Origin: an uncultured Chloroflexia bacterium | Lineage (GTDB): Bacteria > Chloroflexota > Limnocylindria > Limnocylindrales > CSP1-4 | NCBI GenBank assembly: GCA_963813335.1 | Contig: CAWEYL010000005.1 | Coordinates: 43,201 to 107,200 of the forward strand | Length of the DNA stretch: 64,000 bases | Direction of reading: 5' to 3' | Part shown: piece after piece, positions 28,121 through 43,654 of the stretch | How the letters are laid out: each line of letters begins with the position of its first letter | Position numbering within the stretch: the first letter of the stretch is position 1 | Position numbers and translations under genes: made by a program | The notes under the pieces: model-generated | The model's input: the letters and a program-made list of their open reading frames with translations, nothing else | The model's database searches: none | Told to the model about the DNA's origin: nothing

Positions 28121-28579
28121 ATGTCAGAGACCCACGCCCCCGCCTTCAAGCGAGCGGTCATCGCGCTCAACGGCAGCCCGAGCGACGCCCGCGTCGTCCG
28201 ACTCGTCGCCGAGCAGGCCCGCCTCGCCAAGGCCGAGCTCATCGCCGTCCATGTCGTCGAGATCGACTGGACGCTGCCGCTCGACGCCGACATCGCCAGC
28301 CGGTCCGAGAGCGTCCAGCAGGTGCTCGACTCAGCCGAGGCGGTCGCCGAGGAATCGAAGCAGACCCTCGAGCCGGTCCTGCTCCAGGCCCGCGACGTCG
28401 GGGCGGCCATCGTCGACGAGGCGGCCGAGCGCGGCGCGGACCTGATCGTCCTGGGCGTCCCGTTCCGGACCCGGTTCGGCGGCGAGTTCGCCATCGGCCG
28501 GACCATCCCCTACGTCCTGCAGAGTGCGCCGTGCGCCGTCTGGGTGGTGCGCGAGCCGATGTCCGAGGAGCCGTCGTGA
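28121..28579 (+). CDS. Universal stress protein (UspA family)
   Basis: 152 aa. ...ADLIVLGVPFRTRFGGEFAIGRTIPYVLQSAPCAVWVV matches the USP ATP-binding C-terminus. Confidence 0.85.
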   Translation: MSETHAPAFKRAVIALNGSPSDARVVRLVAEQARLAKAELIAVHVVEIDWTLPLDADIASRSESVQQVLDSAEAVAEESKQTLEPVLLQARDVGAAIVDEAAERGADLIVLGVPFRTRFGGEFAIGRTIPYVLQSAPCAVWVVREPMSEEPS

Positions 28580-29088
28580 AGATCGTGATCGTGGGCTGCG
28601 GCCGCGTGGGCGCCGCCATCGCCGACGCGTATGACGTGGCCGGTCACCAGGTGCTGATCCTCGACCTGCACACCGACGCCTTCGACCGCCTGCCGTCGAC
28701 GTTCCGCGGGCGCGCCGTCCGCGGCGACGGGACCGACGAGGACGTCCTGATCAGGGCCGGTGCCGGCGACGCGGACGTCTTCCTGGCGATGACCGAGGGC
28801 GACAACCGCAACGTCATGGCCGCGCAGCTCGCGACCGAGGCCTTCCGCATCGCGAAGGTCGTCGCCAAGATCAACGACCCGGTCCGGGCCGAGGCGTACG
28901 CCGAGCTCGGGATCGCCACGCTGTGCCGGACCGGGCTGATGCTCGATGCGGTCAACGGCTACCTCGGGTTCCCCAAGTCCGGCCTGGCCGGGCTCCTCGC
29001 GCCGTCCGGGAGCCATCCCGGCGGCGAGCACCACGTCCACGGCACGGCCGCTGGCGTCGCGTCCGACACGTCGTCGGGCGCCCGATAG
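28576..29088 (+). CDS. TrkA-N (RCK N-terminal NAD-binding) K+ transport regulator
   Basis: GTG at 28576 overlaps the USP stop. Rossmann motif KIVIVGCGRVGAAIA, then DGTDEDVLIRAGAGDADVFLAMTEGDNRNV. Confidence 0.85.
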   Translation: MKIVIVGCGRVGAAIADAYDVAGHQVLILDLHTDAFDRLPSTFRGRAVRGDGTDEDVLIRAGAGDADVFLAMTEGDNRNVMAAQLATEAFRIAKVVAKINDPVRAEAYAELGIATLCRTGLMLDAVNGYLGFPKSGLAGLLAPSGSHPGGEHHVHGTAAGVASDTSSGAR

Positions 29089-29100
29089 GAGGTCTGGATC

Positions 29101-29784
29101 GTGTTCGTCCTCGTCGTCGGTGGCGGGAAGGTCGGCTACTACCTCACCAAGGAACTGATCGATGCGGGCCACGAGGTGGCCCTGATGGAGAAGGACCCGT
29201 CGCGCGCGGTCCAGATCGCCGACGAGATCGGCTCGATCGTGATCGCCCATGACGGTTGCGAGGGCAAGTACCTCGGCGAGGCCGGCTGCAACCGGGCCGA
29301 CGTCGTCGCGGCCGTGACCGGCGACGACGAGGACAACCTCGTCATCTGCCAGATGGCCAAGCACCACTTCGATGTCCCGCGGACGATCGCCCGCGTCAAC
29401 AACCCCAAGAACGAGGCGCTCTTCCGCCACCTCGGCGTGGACGAGCTGATCAGCCCCACCCGGATGATCCTGGGCTCGATCGAGCAGGACATCCCGGTCC
29501 ACGAGCTCCTCCACCTCGCCGCCCTCGGCGAGAGCGACCTCGAGCTCATCGAGGCGCATCTGCAGGCCGGCTCGCCGGCCATCGGGCGGGCGCCGAAGGA
29601 CCTCTCGATCCCCGAGGGCTGCTCGCTCTTCGCGGTCATCCGCGAGGGCGTCGCCACGCCGCTGCGCCCCGATACCGTCATGCTCGAGGGCGACAAGGTC
29701 ATCGCCATCGGCCGGCAGGACTGCCAGGAACTGCTGCACGACCAGCTCATCGGCGACGCGGAGGTCGTCGGCGCCGACGCCTGA
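29101..29784 (+). CDS. trkA: TrkA-family K+ transport regulator (RCK_N + RCK_C)
   Basis: VLVVGGGKVGYYLTKELIDAGHEVALME, plus a C-terminal RCK_C (LIEAHLQAGSPAIGRAPKDLSIPEGCSLFAVIREG). Confidence 0.88.
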   Translation: MFVLVVGGGKVGYYLTKELIDAGHEVALMEKDPSRAVQIADEIGSIVIAHDGCEGKYLGEAGCNRADVVAAVTGDDEDNLVICQMAKHHFDVPRTIARVNNPKNEALFRHLGVDELISPTRMILGSIEQDIPVHELLHLAALGESDLELIEAHLQAGSPAIGRAPKDLSIPEGCSLFAVIREGVATPLRPDTVMLEGDKVIAIGRQDCQELLHDQLIGDAEVVGADA

Positions 29785-30186
29785 CCCGCGGACCGGGCCG
29801 GGGCGGCGCAGGGCGCAGCCCGGGCGGGGCCACCGGCGCCGACCGGTCCAGGAAGCCACGATACGTGCGTCGCTGACGACGTCGACTCGATCTTCAATCG
29901 GCCACGCACGCGTTGTGGCCCGTGACGCCGGTCTTCCTGCCGCGATCCTTGACCCCGAGCCCGCGCCGGCCTGCGACGCAGCGTTCGTGGCCTGACGGAC
30001 CCACGGACGATCGGCGGTGGGCGACACACTCCAGGCTCGAGGCCCGTCGACCCACTGTGTTCGGCCGCCAGCTCCAGCGGCCGGTTTCGACCGCCACGAG
30101 GGTCATGACGAGCCACCGTCGAGGCCGACTGAGACCTCGACCGGTGCGCCGGCGCAAGACATTGGCAAATCGAAACCGCAGAACTC

Positions 30187-30216
30187 TTGACAACGATATT
30201 GTCAACGTTCTAGCAT
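30187..30216 (+). promoter_or_regulatory. HAIR-like HspR operator (TTGACA-N7-TGTCAA) overlapping promoter TTGACA-18 nt-TAGCAT; predicts a leaderless hspR mRNA
   Basis: Inverted repeat at 30187-30205 with the 6-N7-6 architecture of the HspR-associated inverted repeat (CTTGAGT-N7-ACTCAAG). The -10 TAGCAT at 30211-30216 ends 7 nt before the ATG at 30224. Confidence 0.65.
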
Positions 30217-30223
30217 CCCCGGC

Positions 30224-30601
30224 ATGACCACCGGCCAACCAGATCGTGACCCGACGCGACCCGTCTACGTGATCAGCGTGGCGGCGACGCTCGTCAGCGT
30301 CCATCCGCGGACCCTGCGGATCTACGAGGACGAGGGCCTGATCTGCCCGGCCCGGACCCCGACCAATATCCGCCTGTACAGCGAGAACGACATCCGGCGA
30401 GTCCTCTGGATCCGCCACCTCACGCGGGACCGCGGCGTCAACCTCGCGGGCATCCGGATCCTCTTCGAACTCGAGGAGCGCCTCGGCGCCCGGATCCTCG
30501 AAGCCCTCTACGCCGAAGGCACGGCCGCCATCGAGGCATCCGCAGCCGCCACCCGTGACGAATCCACCGTCGACCCCGACCCAGCCGCCAAGTCTGCCTA
30601 G
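30224..30601 (+). CDS. hspR: MerR-family heat-shock repressor HspR
   Basis: VYVISVAATLVSVHPRTLRIYEDEGLICPARTPTNIRLYSENDIRRVLWIRHLT. First gene of a chaperone/protease operon. Confidence 0.88.
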   Translation: MTTGQPDRDPTRPVYVISVAATLVSVHPRTLRIYEDEGLICPARTPTNIRLYSENDIRRVLWIRHLTRDRGVNLAGIRILFELEERLGARILEALYAEGTAAIEASAAATRDESTVDPDPAAKSA

Positions 30602-30632
30602 ACCACGGCACCAGCACCCCTAGGAGAACCCG

Positions 30633-33125
<2,493 letters not shown>

Positions 33126-33137
33126 CGGAGGGTCGCG

Positions 33138-34211
33138 ATGGCCGGCGGCGGGCCTGGAGCAGGCCTGGAGTACAAGGACTACTACGCGGTCCTCGGCGTG
33201 CCGAGGACCGCGTCGAAGGCCGAGATCAAGAAGGCGTTCCGCAAGGCCGCTCGCGAGAGCCATCCCGACGCCAAGCCCGGTGACAAGGCGGCCGAGCAGC
33301 GCTTCAAGGACATCAACGAGGCCAACGAGGTCCTCTCGGACCCCGACAAGCGCAAGCGCTACGACACGCTCGGCGCGGCCTGGGACCAGTACGGCCAGGG
33401 CGGTCCCGGCGCGGCCGACCCGTTCGGTCCGGGCGGACCGTTCGCCGGGTTCGCCCGCGGCGGTGCCTCGACCGGCCCGGGCGGCGTCCGCTACGAATTC
33501 CACACGACCGCCGACACCGGCGACTTCAGCGATTTCTTCCGGATGTTCTTCGGCGGCGACACCGGCGGCGGGCAGCCCGGCGGCCCCGGTCCCGGACGCG
33601 GCCGCCGTCCCAGCGGCGGCGAGTCCTTCGAATCGATCCTGGCCGGGATGGGCCTCGACGGCACGACCTCGACCGGCACGCGGACCCGTCCCGCGCCGAA
33701 GCCGTCAGCCGAGGCCATCGCCGAGATCAGCCTCGAGGAGGCCTACCACGGGACGACCCGCCGGGTCGACGTCGAAGGCAAGCACCTCGAGGTCACGATC
33801 CCCAGGGGCGCCGACACCGGGACCCGCGTCCGACTGTCGGGCAAGGCCCCGGGCGGCGGCGACCTGTTCGTCGTCGTCAAGCTGGAGCCGCACCCCACGT
33901 TCAAGCGCCGCGGCGCGGACCTCGAGCGCGAGATCGCCCTGACCCTCGGGGAGGCGCTGCTCGGCGGCGAGGTCCCCGTCCGCACGCTCAAGGGCAAGGT
34001 CCTGCTGACCGTGCCCGCGGGCACGCAGCCCGGCCGGACGTTCCGGCTGGCCGGCCAGGGGATGCCGCGGCTCGGCGCGACCGGGCACGGCGACCTGTAC
34101 GCCCGCGCCAGGGTGGTGCTCCCGACCGGCCTGTCCGACACGGCCCGCGAGGCGGCGACCACCGCCATCACGCTCATCGACCAACCAGACCCCCGCTCCC
34201 GAGAGACCTGA
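33138..34211 (+). CDS. J-domain co-chaperone without zinc finger (class B DnaJ / CbpA-like)
   Basis: J domain [31 protein letters not shown], a G/F-rich region and C-terminal substrate-binding domains. No CxxCxGxG repeats. Confidence 0.9.
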   Translation: MAGGGPGAGLEYKDYYAVLGVPRTASKAEIKKAFRKAARESHPDAKPGDKAAEQRFKDINEANEVLSDPDKRKRYDTLGAAWDQYGQGGPGAADPFGPGGPFAGFARGGASTGPGGVRYEFHTTADTGDFSDFFRMFFGGDTGGGQPGGPGPGRGRRPSGGESFESILAGMGLDGTTSTGTRTRPAPKPSAEAIAEISLEEAYHGTTRRVDVEGKHLEVTIPRGADTGTRVRLSGKAPGGGDLFVVVKLEPHPTFKRRGADLEREIALTLGEALLGGEVPVRTLKGKVLLTVPAGTQPGRTFRLAGQGMPRLGATGHGDLYARARVVLPTGLSDTAREAATTAITLIDQPDPRSRET

Positions 34212-34212
34212 C

Positions 34213-36951
<2,739 letters not shown>

Positions 36952-36967
36952 CCGGCAGCCGCACGGC

Positions 36968-37606
36968 GTGCGCTTCGCGGACGTCCTGGAACGGCTCGCG
37001 GCACTCCCTGATCCCCTGCCGCCGCCCGCCGAGGTGCTCATGCCGGTCGTGGTCGGCTCGGACGAGCCACGGCCACGCGGCGGGCTGCCGCCGGGACGGA
37101 CCGGCCGGCCCGCGGCGGTCCTCGCGCTGCTCTACCCCGATGACGCCGGGATGGCCCGGGTCGTGCTGATCGAGCGCTCCGCCGGCGGCCACCACTCCGG
37201 CGAGGTGAGCCTTCCCGGCGGCAAGGCCGAGCCGGACGATGCGGACACGACGGCGACCGCCCTGCGCGAGACCGTCGAGGAGGTCGGCCTCGACGTCCTG
37301 GCGGCCGGGGTCCGGGTCATCGGGGCGCTCGACCTGCACTGGATCCCGGTGAGCGACTTCGCCGTCACCCCGATCGTAGCCGTCGCCGAGCGGCGGCCGG
37401 TGCTGACCCCCGCGCCGTCCGAGGTCGCGCGCATCCTCGAGCCGCCGATGGCCGCGTTCCTGCCCGGCGCGCCGATCGAGATCGTCGAGCGGACGGTCGG
37501 GACCTGGCCGCTGCGCTACGGCACATACACAGTGGACGGCCTCTCCGTGTGGGGCGCGACCGCCCGGATCCTGAGCCAGCTCGGGGCGATCCTGGCCGAG
37601 GGCTGA
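36968..37606 (+). CDS. NUDIX hydrolase, CoA pyrophosphatase-like
   Basis: GTG at 36968. Nudix box GGKAEPDDADTTATALRETVEEVGL. The upstream context (AAVLALLYPD...VVLIERS) is typical of the NudL/CoAse subfamily. Confidence 0.8.
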   Translation: MRFADVLERLAALPDPLPPPAEVLMPVVVGSDEPRPRGGLPPGRTGRPAAVLALLYPDDAGMARVVLIERSAGGHHSGEVSLPGGKAEPDDADTTATALRETVEEVGLDVLAAGVRVIGALDLHWIPVSDFAVTPIVAVAERRPVLTPAPSEVARILEPPMAAFLPGAPIEIVERTVGTWPLRYGTYTVDGLSVWGATARILSQLGAILAEG

Positions 37607-37607
37607 G

Positions 37608-38081
37608 TCAGGCCGGTTCGCCGTCCCGCGGCTCGTCGCGTGGCGTGTCCGGTCGCAGCGGCACGGCGATCCCCTCGACCGGCGGCAGCCCGGCGACGTC
37701 GCCGTCCTCGCGGACGAGTCCGTCGAGGAGGCCGCGCACGGCCGAGTCATCGGCCCCGGCGAACTCGACGACCAGGGCGCGCATCTCCGAATGCTCGGTC
37801 CACGCCGCATGCAGGACGTCGGCCGGCCAGAGGACCGCCTCGCCCGGCGCCACCCGCGTCCGCTCCCCGGCGACCGCGACCCAGCCGCCGCCCTCGATGA
37901 CGACCATCCAGGTCGTGTTCGGGCTCGTGTGGGGCTCGACGCGCGCGTCCCGGGCGAACGCGACCTCGGTGATGAGCCCGCGCCCGTCCGAGTGGATCAC
38001 CTGGCTCCTGACGCCGACCGTGCCGGGCGGCCCGTCCGGCCGTCGATGGCCGACCCCGAACCGGCGGATCTCGATCGGCAT
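37608..38081 (-). CDS. Cupin-domain protein
   Basis: 157 aa. Cupin-like core HTSPNTTWMVVIEGGGWVAVAGERTRVAPGEAVLWPADVLHAAW. Confidence 0.7.
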   Translation of the reverse strand: MPIEIRRFGVGHRRPDGPPGTVGVRSQVIHSDGRGLITEVAFARDARVEPHTSPNTTWMVVIEGGGWVAVAGERTRVAPGEAVLWPADVLHAAWTEHSEMRALVVEFAGADDSAVRGLLDGLVREDGDVAGLPPVEGIAVPLRPDTPRDEPRDGEPA

Positions 38082-38087
38082 CGTCGA

Positions 38088-38534
38088 CTAGCGGCGGCGC
38101 TTCTGGCTGCGCGCTGCCCGACGTGCGCCGCGCTTCTTGATCGTCGACTCCGGGTCCGCGAACTTCTGCTTCGTGTAGTAGCGCTCGCGGGCGAGCCGCG
38201 CCTCGTGCGCCGCGAGGATCGGCGGGAAGCGCCGGAAGCGGATCCAGACCAGCGTCCCGATGCCGATGACCTGGGTCACCAGCACGATGAAGAAGTCGAA
38301 GACGAACAGCGCCTCGATCACGATCATGCTGAACGTGATCAGCCCGGTCCACCACAGCCATTCCCACATCTCGAGGAACGGCGGGTGGCGGTGGAGCGCC
38401 CGCGTCCGGACGTTGTAGAGGATCAGCAGGACCGCCAGGAGGACGGCGGCCGCGATCCACGTCGGATGGAAGAGGTCCGGGAAGTTCTTGTGGTTGAACG
38501 ACAGGAAGAGGTAGTCCCAGGGGGCGAGCGTCAC
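38088..38534 (-). CDS. Hypothetical integral membrane protein with a basic C-terminal tail
   Basis: 148 aa with three hydrophobic helices (aromatic-rich, e.g. WEWLWWTGLITFSMIVIEALFVFDFFIVLV). Clearly non-random composition. Confidence 0.65.
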   Translation of the reverse strand: MTLAPWDYLFLSFNHKNFPDLFHPTWIAAAVLLAVLLILYNVRTRALHRHPPFLEMWEWLWWTGLITFSMIVIEALFVFDFFIVLVTQVIGIGTLVWIRFRRFPPILAAHEARLARERYYTKQKFADPESTIKKRGARRAARSQKRRR

Positions 38535-38686
38535 GCACCGACCTCGATGTTCTGACCGTGGATGGGCCCCCGGAGTATGCCACGCTGGGCGCTATACTCG
38601 GCCGAGCGGTGCGGCGCCAGAGGACCGGCCGGGGGCGCCACCCGCCGGGACCCCGAGCGCGCCGCCGGAACCCTTGCGATGGGAGG

Positions 38687-40243
38687 ATGGCCCGGGTGCG
38701 AGCGCTGCTGTCAGTCGCGAACCGCGATGGGATCGCGGCTCTTGCGCGCGACCTCCTCGCCCTCGACATCGAGATCTTCGCGACGGACGGCACCCGCGAG
38801 TTCCTCGCCGGCGAGGGCGTCGACGTGGCGTCGGTCGCGGACCTGACCCAAGGGGAGTCGACGGTCGGCGGCCAGGTCAAGACCTTCCACCACGCGGTCT
38901 ATGCGGGCATCCTCGCCCGCCGCGACGTCCCGGCCCAGCTGGCCGAGCTCGAAGCCCAGGGCATCGTCCCGATCGACCTCGTGATCGTGAACGTCAAGCC
39001 GTTCGCCCCGGCGATCGGGGCCAAGCTCATCGGGCTGGACGAGGCGATCGAGATGATCGACGTGGCCGGAGCGGCCCTGCTCGGCGCAGCGGCCCGGAAC
39101 TCGGCCGGGGTGGCCGCCGCATCCGACCCGTCGCAGTACGGCCGGATCGTCGGCGAGCTGCGCGAGCACGGCCTGGTGACGCCCGAGACGCGGGCCGCGC
39201 TGGCGGCCGAGGCGTTCAGCATGGTGGCGGCTTATCACGCCGAGATCGCGGCCTACCTCAACCAGATCTCGGGCAACACGTTCCCGCACCGCCTGGCCAT
39301 CGTCCTCGAGAAGGTCGACGACCTGCGCTACGGCGAGAACCCGCACCAGCGCGCGGCGTTCTACCGCGAGACCACCCACCGCAGCGGCACGCTCGCGGAC
39401 GCGACCCAGATCGCCGGCGACCGCCCGTCCTTCAACAACCTGATGGACCTCGACGCGGCCTACCGGATCGCCCGCGACTACACCGGTCCCACGGTCGCCA
39501 TCGTGAAGCACACCGACCCGGTCGGCATCGCCTCGCACGACGAGCTGGTCGAGGCCTATCGGCACGCGCTCGAGACGGACCCGGTCGCCTCGTTCGGCGG
39601 CATCGTCGGGGTCAACCGCGAGCTCGACGGCGCGACCGCGCGCGAGATCGCGGCGAACTCCTACGAGGCGGTCGTGGCCCCCGGCTTCAGCCAGTCGGCG
39701 CTCGGCATCCTGCGCGCCAAGAGCGGGCTGGAGCTGCTGGCCGTCCCCGCCGACCCGATCGAGGGGATGCGCGACTACGGCATCGCGAACCTCGACTTCA
39801 AGCGGGTCGCCGGCGGGCTCCTCGTGGAATCGCTGGACGACCTCGGGCTGGACCGCGGCCGGCTCCAGGTCGTCACCGAGCGCCGGCCGACGCTCGAGGA
39901 GCTGACCGACCTGCTCTTCGGCTGGCGGGCGGTCCGCCACGTCCGCTCGAATGCCATCGTGCTGGCCAGGCACGGCGCGACGGTCGGGATCGGGGCGGCC
40001 CAGGCGTCGCGCCAGGTGTCGGTCGAGATCGCGCTGCGCCGCGCCGGCGACCGCGCCAAGCTCGCGGTGATGGCCTCGGACGCCTACTTCCCCTTCCCGG
40101 ACGGCATCCAGGCGGCGGCCGGCGCGGGGGTCACCGCGATCATCCAGCCAGGCGGCTCGATCCGCGACGAGATGGCCATCGAGGTCGCCGACCGCCACCA
40201 CCTCGCCATGGTCTTTACCGGCCGCCGGCACTTCCGGCACTAG
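38687..40243 (+). CDS. purH: Bifunctional AICAR transformylase / IMP cyclohydrolase PurH
   Basis: ATG at 38687 follows a GGGAGG RBS. MGS-like N-domain ([19 protein letters not shown]...[16 protein letters not shown]) and C-terminal AICARFT (...[34 protein letters not shown]). Confidence 0.95.
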   Translation: MARVRALLSVANRDGIAALARDLLALDIEIFATDGTREFLAGEGVDVASVADLTQGESTVGGQVKTFHHAVYAGILARRDVPAQLAELEAQGIVPIDLVIVNVKPFAPAIGAKLIGLDEAIEMIDVAGAALLGAAARNSAGVAAASDPSQYGRIVGELREHGLVTPETRAALAAEAFSMVAAYHAEIAAYLNQISGNTFPHRLAIVLEKVDDLRYGENPHQRAAFYRETTHRSGTLADATQIAGDRPSFNNLMDLDAAYRIARDYTGPTVAIVKHTDPVGIASHDELVEAYRHALETDPVASFGGIVGVNRELDGATAREIAANSYEAVVAPGFSQSALGILRAKSGLELLAVPADPIEGMRDYGIANLDFKRVAGGLLVESLDDLGLDRGRLQVVTERRPTLEELTDLLFGWRAVRHVRSNAIVLARHGATVGIGAAQASRQVSVEIALRRAGDRAKLAVMASDAYFPFPDGIQAAAGAGVTAIIQPGGSIRDEMAIEVADRHHLAMVFTGRRHFRH

Positions 40244-40245
40244 CC

Positions 40246-41227
<982 letters not shown>

Positions 41228-41238
41228 CGGTCTCGCCT

Positions 41239-41940
41239 GTGCCCCTGGAGAACGACTTGATCCACGACTCGCTCTCCGCCATCGAACCGGGCGAGACGCT
41301 CGAGACCGCGATGCTCAGCCCATGCGTGGGTGGACTCGTGCGCACGTGGACCGATCACGGCTCGCGGTTGTGGGGCGTGGCCGACCCATCGACGCTCGCG
41401 TCGTCGATGGGGCGGGGCGTCATCGCCCGGACGCTCCGCGAAGAGGGGCGATTCCGCGAAGTCGCCCTGCTCCACCAGCGGACGGGCACCCTGCTCCTCC
41501 AGTCCCGGTGGCCGACGCAGACGTCTGAGGGAGCCATCGAGTCCACGGCTCCCGTCGTGCAGTTGACTGCCCCACGGCCCGCGGCGACCTCGCCATGGGC
41601 GGACCTCCAGGCCGTGCTTGGCCAGGCCGTACGTCATACGCTCGAGGTCGACGGGCTGCTGGTGGTCGAGCAGGGCGGATGGGATGCCCCGATCGAGCCC
41701 TATTGCCTGTTCCTCGTGGTCCACGATCACGGCGACGTGAGCCTCGTGGAATGCGCGCCGGCGCCGACCGGCGCCACGCTCTGGCAACAGGACCTGCGAG
41801 CTGGCGCGGCCGGCGCGACCATGTCGGCCCCGGCGACCGACGCGACCCTCGGCGTCGTTCCGGCGCTCATCGTCGACGCCTGCGCCACCTGGGGGCTCGA
41901 GCCGTGGGATCTCGCCATCACGTACGGCGATCGGTCCTGA
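41239..41940 (+). CDS. Hypothetical protein
   Basis: 233-aa ORF with a GTG start. Protein-like composition; no motif I recognise. The local GC looks lower than the surroundings. Confidence 0.5.
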   Translation: MPLENDLIHDSLSAIEPGETLETAMLSPCVGGLVRTWTDHGSRLWGVADPSTLASSMGRGVIARTLREEGRFREVALLHQRTGTLLLQSRWPTQTSEGAIESTAPVVQLTAPRPAATSPWADLQAVLGQAVRHTLEVDGLLVVEQGGWDAPIEPYCLFLVVHDHGDVSLVECAPAPTGATLWQQDLRAGAAGATMSAPATDATLGVVPALIVDACATWGLEPWDLAITYGDRS

Positions 41941-42066
41941 CCGTCGAGGGGCAGGCGCGTGCCGCAAGATCTCGATCGAGGTCCCGGCTTGGGCGCAACT
42001 TCTGATGAAGGCTTCGCGATGCGCTTGCCCACGTCACCGAGCGAGGACCACGACCGTCGTGTGGGC

Positions 42067-42549
42067 ATGCGGTGGGCGGGTGTCGGCATGGTGGTCCTGA
42101 CCCTGGTCGGCTGCGCCGTCGGGACGGCCATGCCTGACAACATCCGGCCCACAGTGGCGGCGATCGAGACGCTCGGCTACCGCTGCGGTGACGGCGTCAA
42201 GGACAACGTGCCCAGCGGCCTCTTCCAGTGGTCCTGCAACGGCCGGATCGACGGCGTGCCATCGACCATCCTGGTCGATGGGAATGCGGAGGGCGTCGCA
42301 GGCGTCACCCTCGTCGTCGAGGATCCACGGGACCCCGGAGGCACGGCCAGTCAGTTCGCGCGACTCGTGGACGAGGTGCCCCCGCTCAACACGGCACCCG
42401 TGCTGAAGGACACGGTCGCTGGCTGGGCCGGCGCTGAACAGGCATGGACGGTCGGGGGAATCCGCATCTCCGCACAGTGCGATGCGACCCAGTGCCTCTT
42501 CATCGTCATGCCAGCCGAAGATGCCCTCCGCCCGCTGCCGTTGCCGTAG
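42067..42549 (+). CDS. Hypothetical lipoprotein
   Basis: The internal ATG at 42067 gives the lipobox signal MRWAGVGMVVLTLVGC. The mature part has 4 further Cys. Confidence 0.55.
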   Translation: MRWAGVGMVVLTLVGCAVGTAMPDNIRPTVAAIETLGYRCGDGVKDNVPSGLFQWSCNGRIDGVPSTILVDGNAEGVAGVTLVVEDPRDPGGTASQFARLVDEVPPLNTAPVLKDTVAGWAGAEQAWTVGGIRISAQCDATQCLFIVMPAEDALRPLPLP

Positions 42550-42645
42550 ATCACAGATCCAAACCGGGGCTCGCGGGCGGACGATCAACCGAGACGCGCC
42601 TGGGCGTCGCGCCGTGTGCCTGCTTGTCCGCGCTTCCTGCCGGTC

Positions 42646-43632
42646 TCAGCCCAGCTTGAGCTGCGGCAGGACCTCCTTGCCGAACACCTCGATGAACTCG
42701 GCCTGGTTGCGGCCGACGTTGTGCAGGTGGATCTCGTCGAAGCCCATGTCCACGTAGTGCTGGATGTACGCCGCGTGGGCGGCGAGGTCGCTGGTCATCA
42801 GCACCCGGTTCTTGAAGTCCTCGGGCCGGACCAGCTTCGCCATCGCGGCGAAGTCCTCGGGGTTCTTGATGTCCTGCTTGGGGAACGGCATCCCGCCGTT
42901 GGGCCATTCGATCATCGCGTTCTGCACGGCTTCCTCGTCGGTCCGCGCCCAGGACACGTGGATCTGGAGGAGCTTCGGGGTCCCGACCGGCTTGCCGGCC
43001 TCCAGGCAGCCCTCCTCGCACTTCTCCCAGAGCATCCGGATCTTCTCGTCGGCGGCGCCGACCGTGATCATGCCGTCGGCGAACTTGCCGGCCTTCTTCG
43101 CGTTGACCGGCCCGGCGGTCGCGACGTAGACCTTCACGGGCTCGTCCGGGATCGTGTACAGCCGGGCGCTCTCGAGCGTGAAGAACTCGCCCTTGTGCTT
43201 GACGACCTTGCCGGAGAACAGCTTGTTGATGATCTCGATCGACTCGAACAGCATCGAGCTGCGGATGCCGACCTCCGGCCAGATGCCGCCGATGATGTGC
43301 TCGTTGAGCGCCTCGCCCGCCCCGAGGCCCAGGTAGAACCGGCCTGGGTACATGGCGCCGAGGGTCGCCGCGGCGTGGGCGATGACCGCGGGGTGGTAGC
43401 GGAACCCCGGGCAGGTCACCGCCGTCCCGAAGGGGAGGCTCGTCCGCTGGCCGAGCGCGCCCATGAACGACCAGGCGAAGGCGCTCTGGCCCTGCTGCGG
43501 GGTCCAGGGGTGGAAGTGCTCGCTGACCATGAAGCCGGCCTCGAAACCGGCCCCTTCCGCAGCCGCGCACCAGTCGAGGAGGTCGGTCGGATGGAACTGC
43601 TCGAGCATCGCGGCGTAGCCGATCGTCGTCAT
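42646..43632 (-). CDS. fgd: F420-dependent LLM-class oxidoreductase, glucose-6-phosphate dehydrogenase (Fgd)-like
   Basis: By my reading the 328-aa protein aligns along its length to mycobacterial Fgd1 (SEHFHPW, FRYHPAVIAHAAATLG, LGLGAGEALNE, RLYT.PDEPVKVYVATAGP). Confidence 0.8.
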   Translation of the reverse strand: MTTIGYAAMLEQFHPTDLLDWCAAAEGAGFEAGFMVSEHFHPWTPQQGQSAFAWSFMGALGQRTSLPFGTAVTCPGFRYHPAVIAHAAATLGAMYPGRFYLGLGAGEALNEHIIGGIWPEVGIRSSMLFESIEIINKLFSGKVVKHKGEFFTLESARLYTIPDEPVKVYVATAGPVNAKKAGKFADGMITVGAADEKIRMLWEKCEEGCLEAGKPVGTPKLLQIHVSWARTDEEAVQNAMIEWPNGGMPFPKQDIKNPEDFAAMAKLVRPEDFKNRVLMTSDLAAHAAYIQHYVDMGFDEIHLHNVGRNQAEFIEVFGKEVLPQLKLG

Positions 43633-43654
43633 GGTCGGAGGGTAGCATCAGCCG

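Noticed and set aside
25123-28506. Very long minus-strand ORF (1127 aa) antisense to the metallophosphoesterase/APC permease/USP genes. Similar giants occur at 30438..33503, 34174..37041, 38711..41188, 11017..14094, 57610..59547, 5460..7025 and 5993..8572.
   Set aside because: Their translations are R/G/A/P/D-dominated, with no motifs. They lie antisense to, or out of frame with, genes that have unambiguous family signatures. This is the usual stop-codon-poor artefact of ~70% GC DNA.
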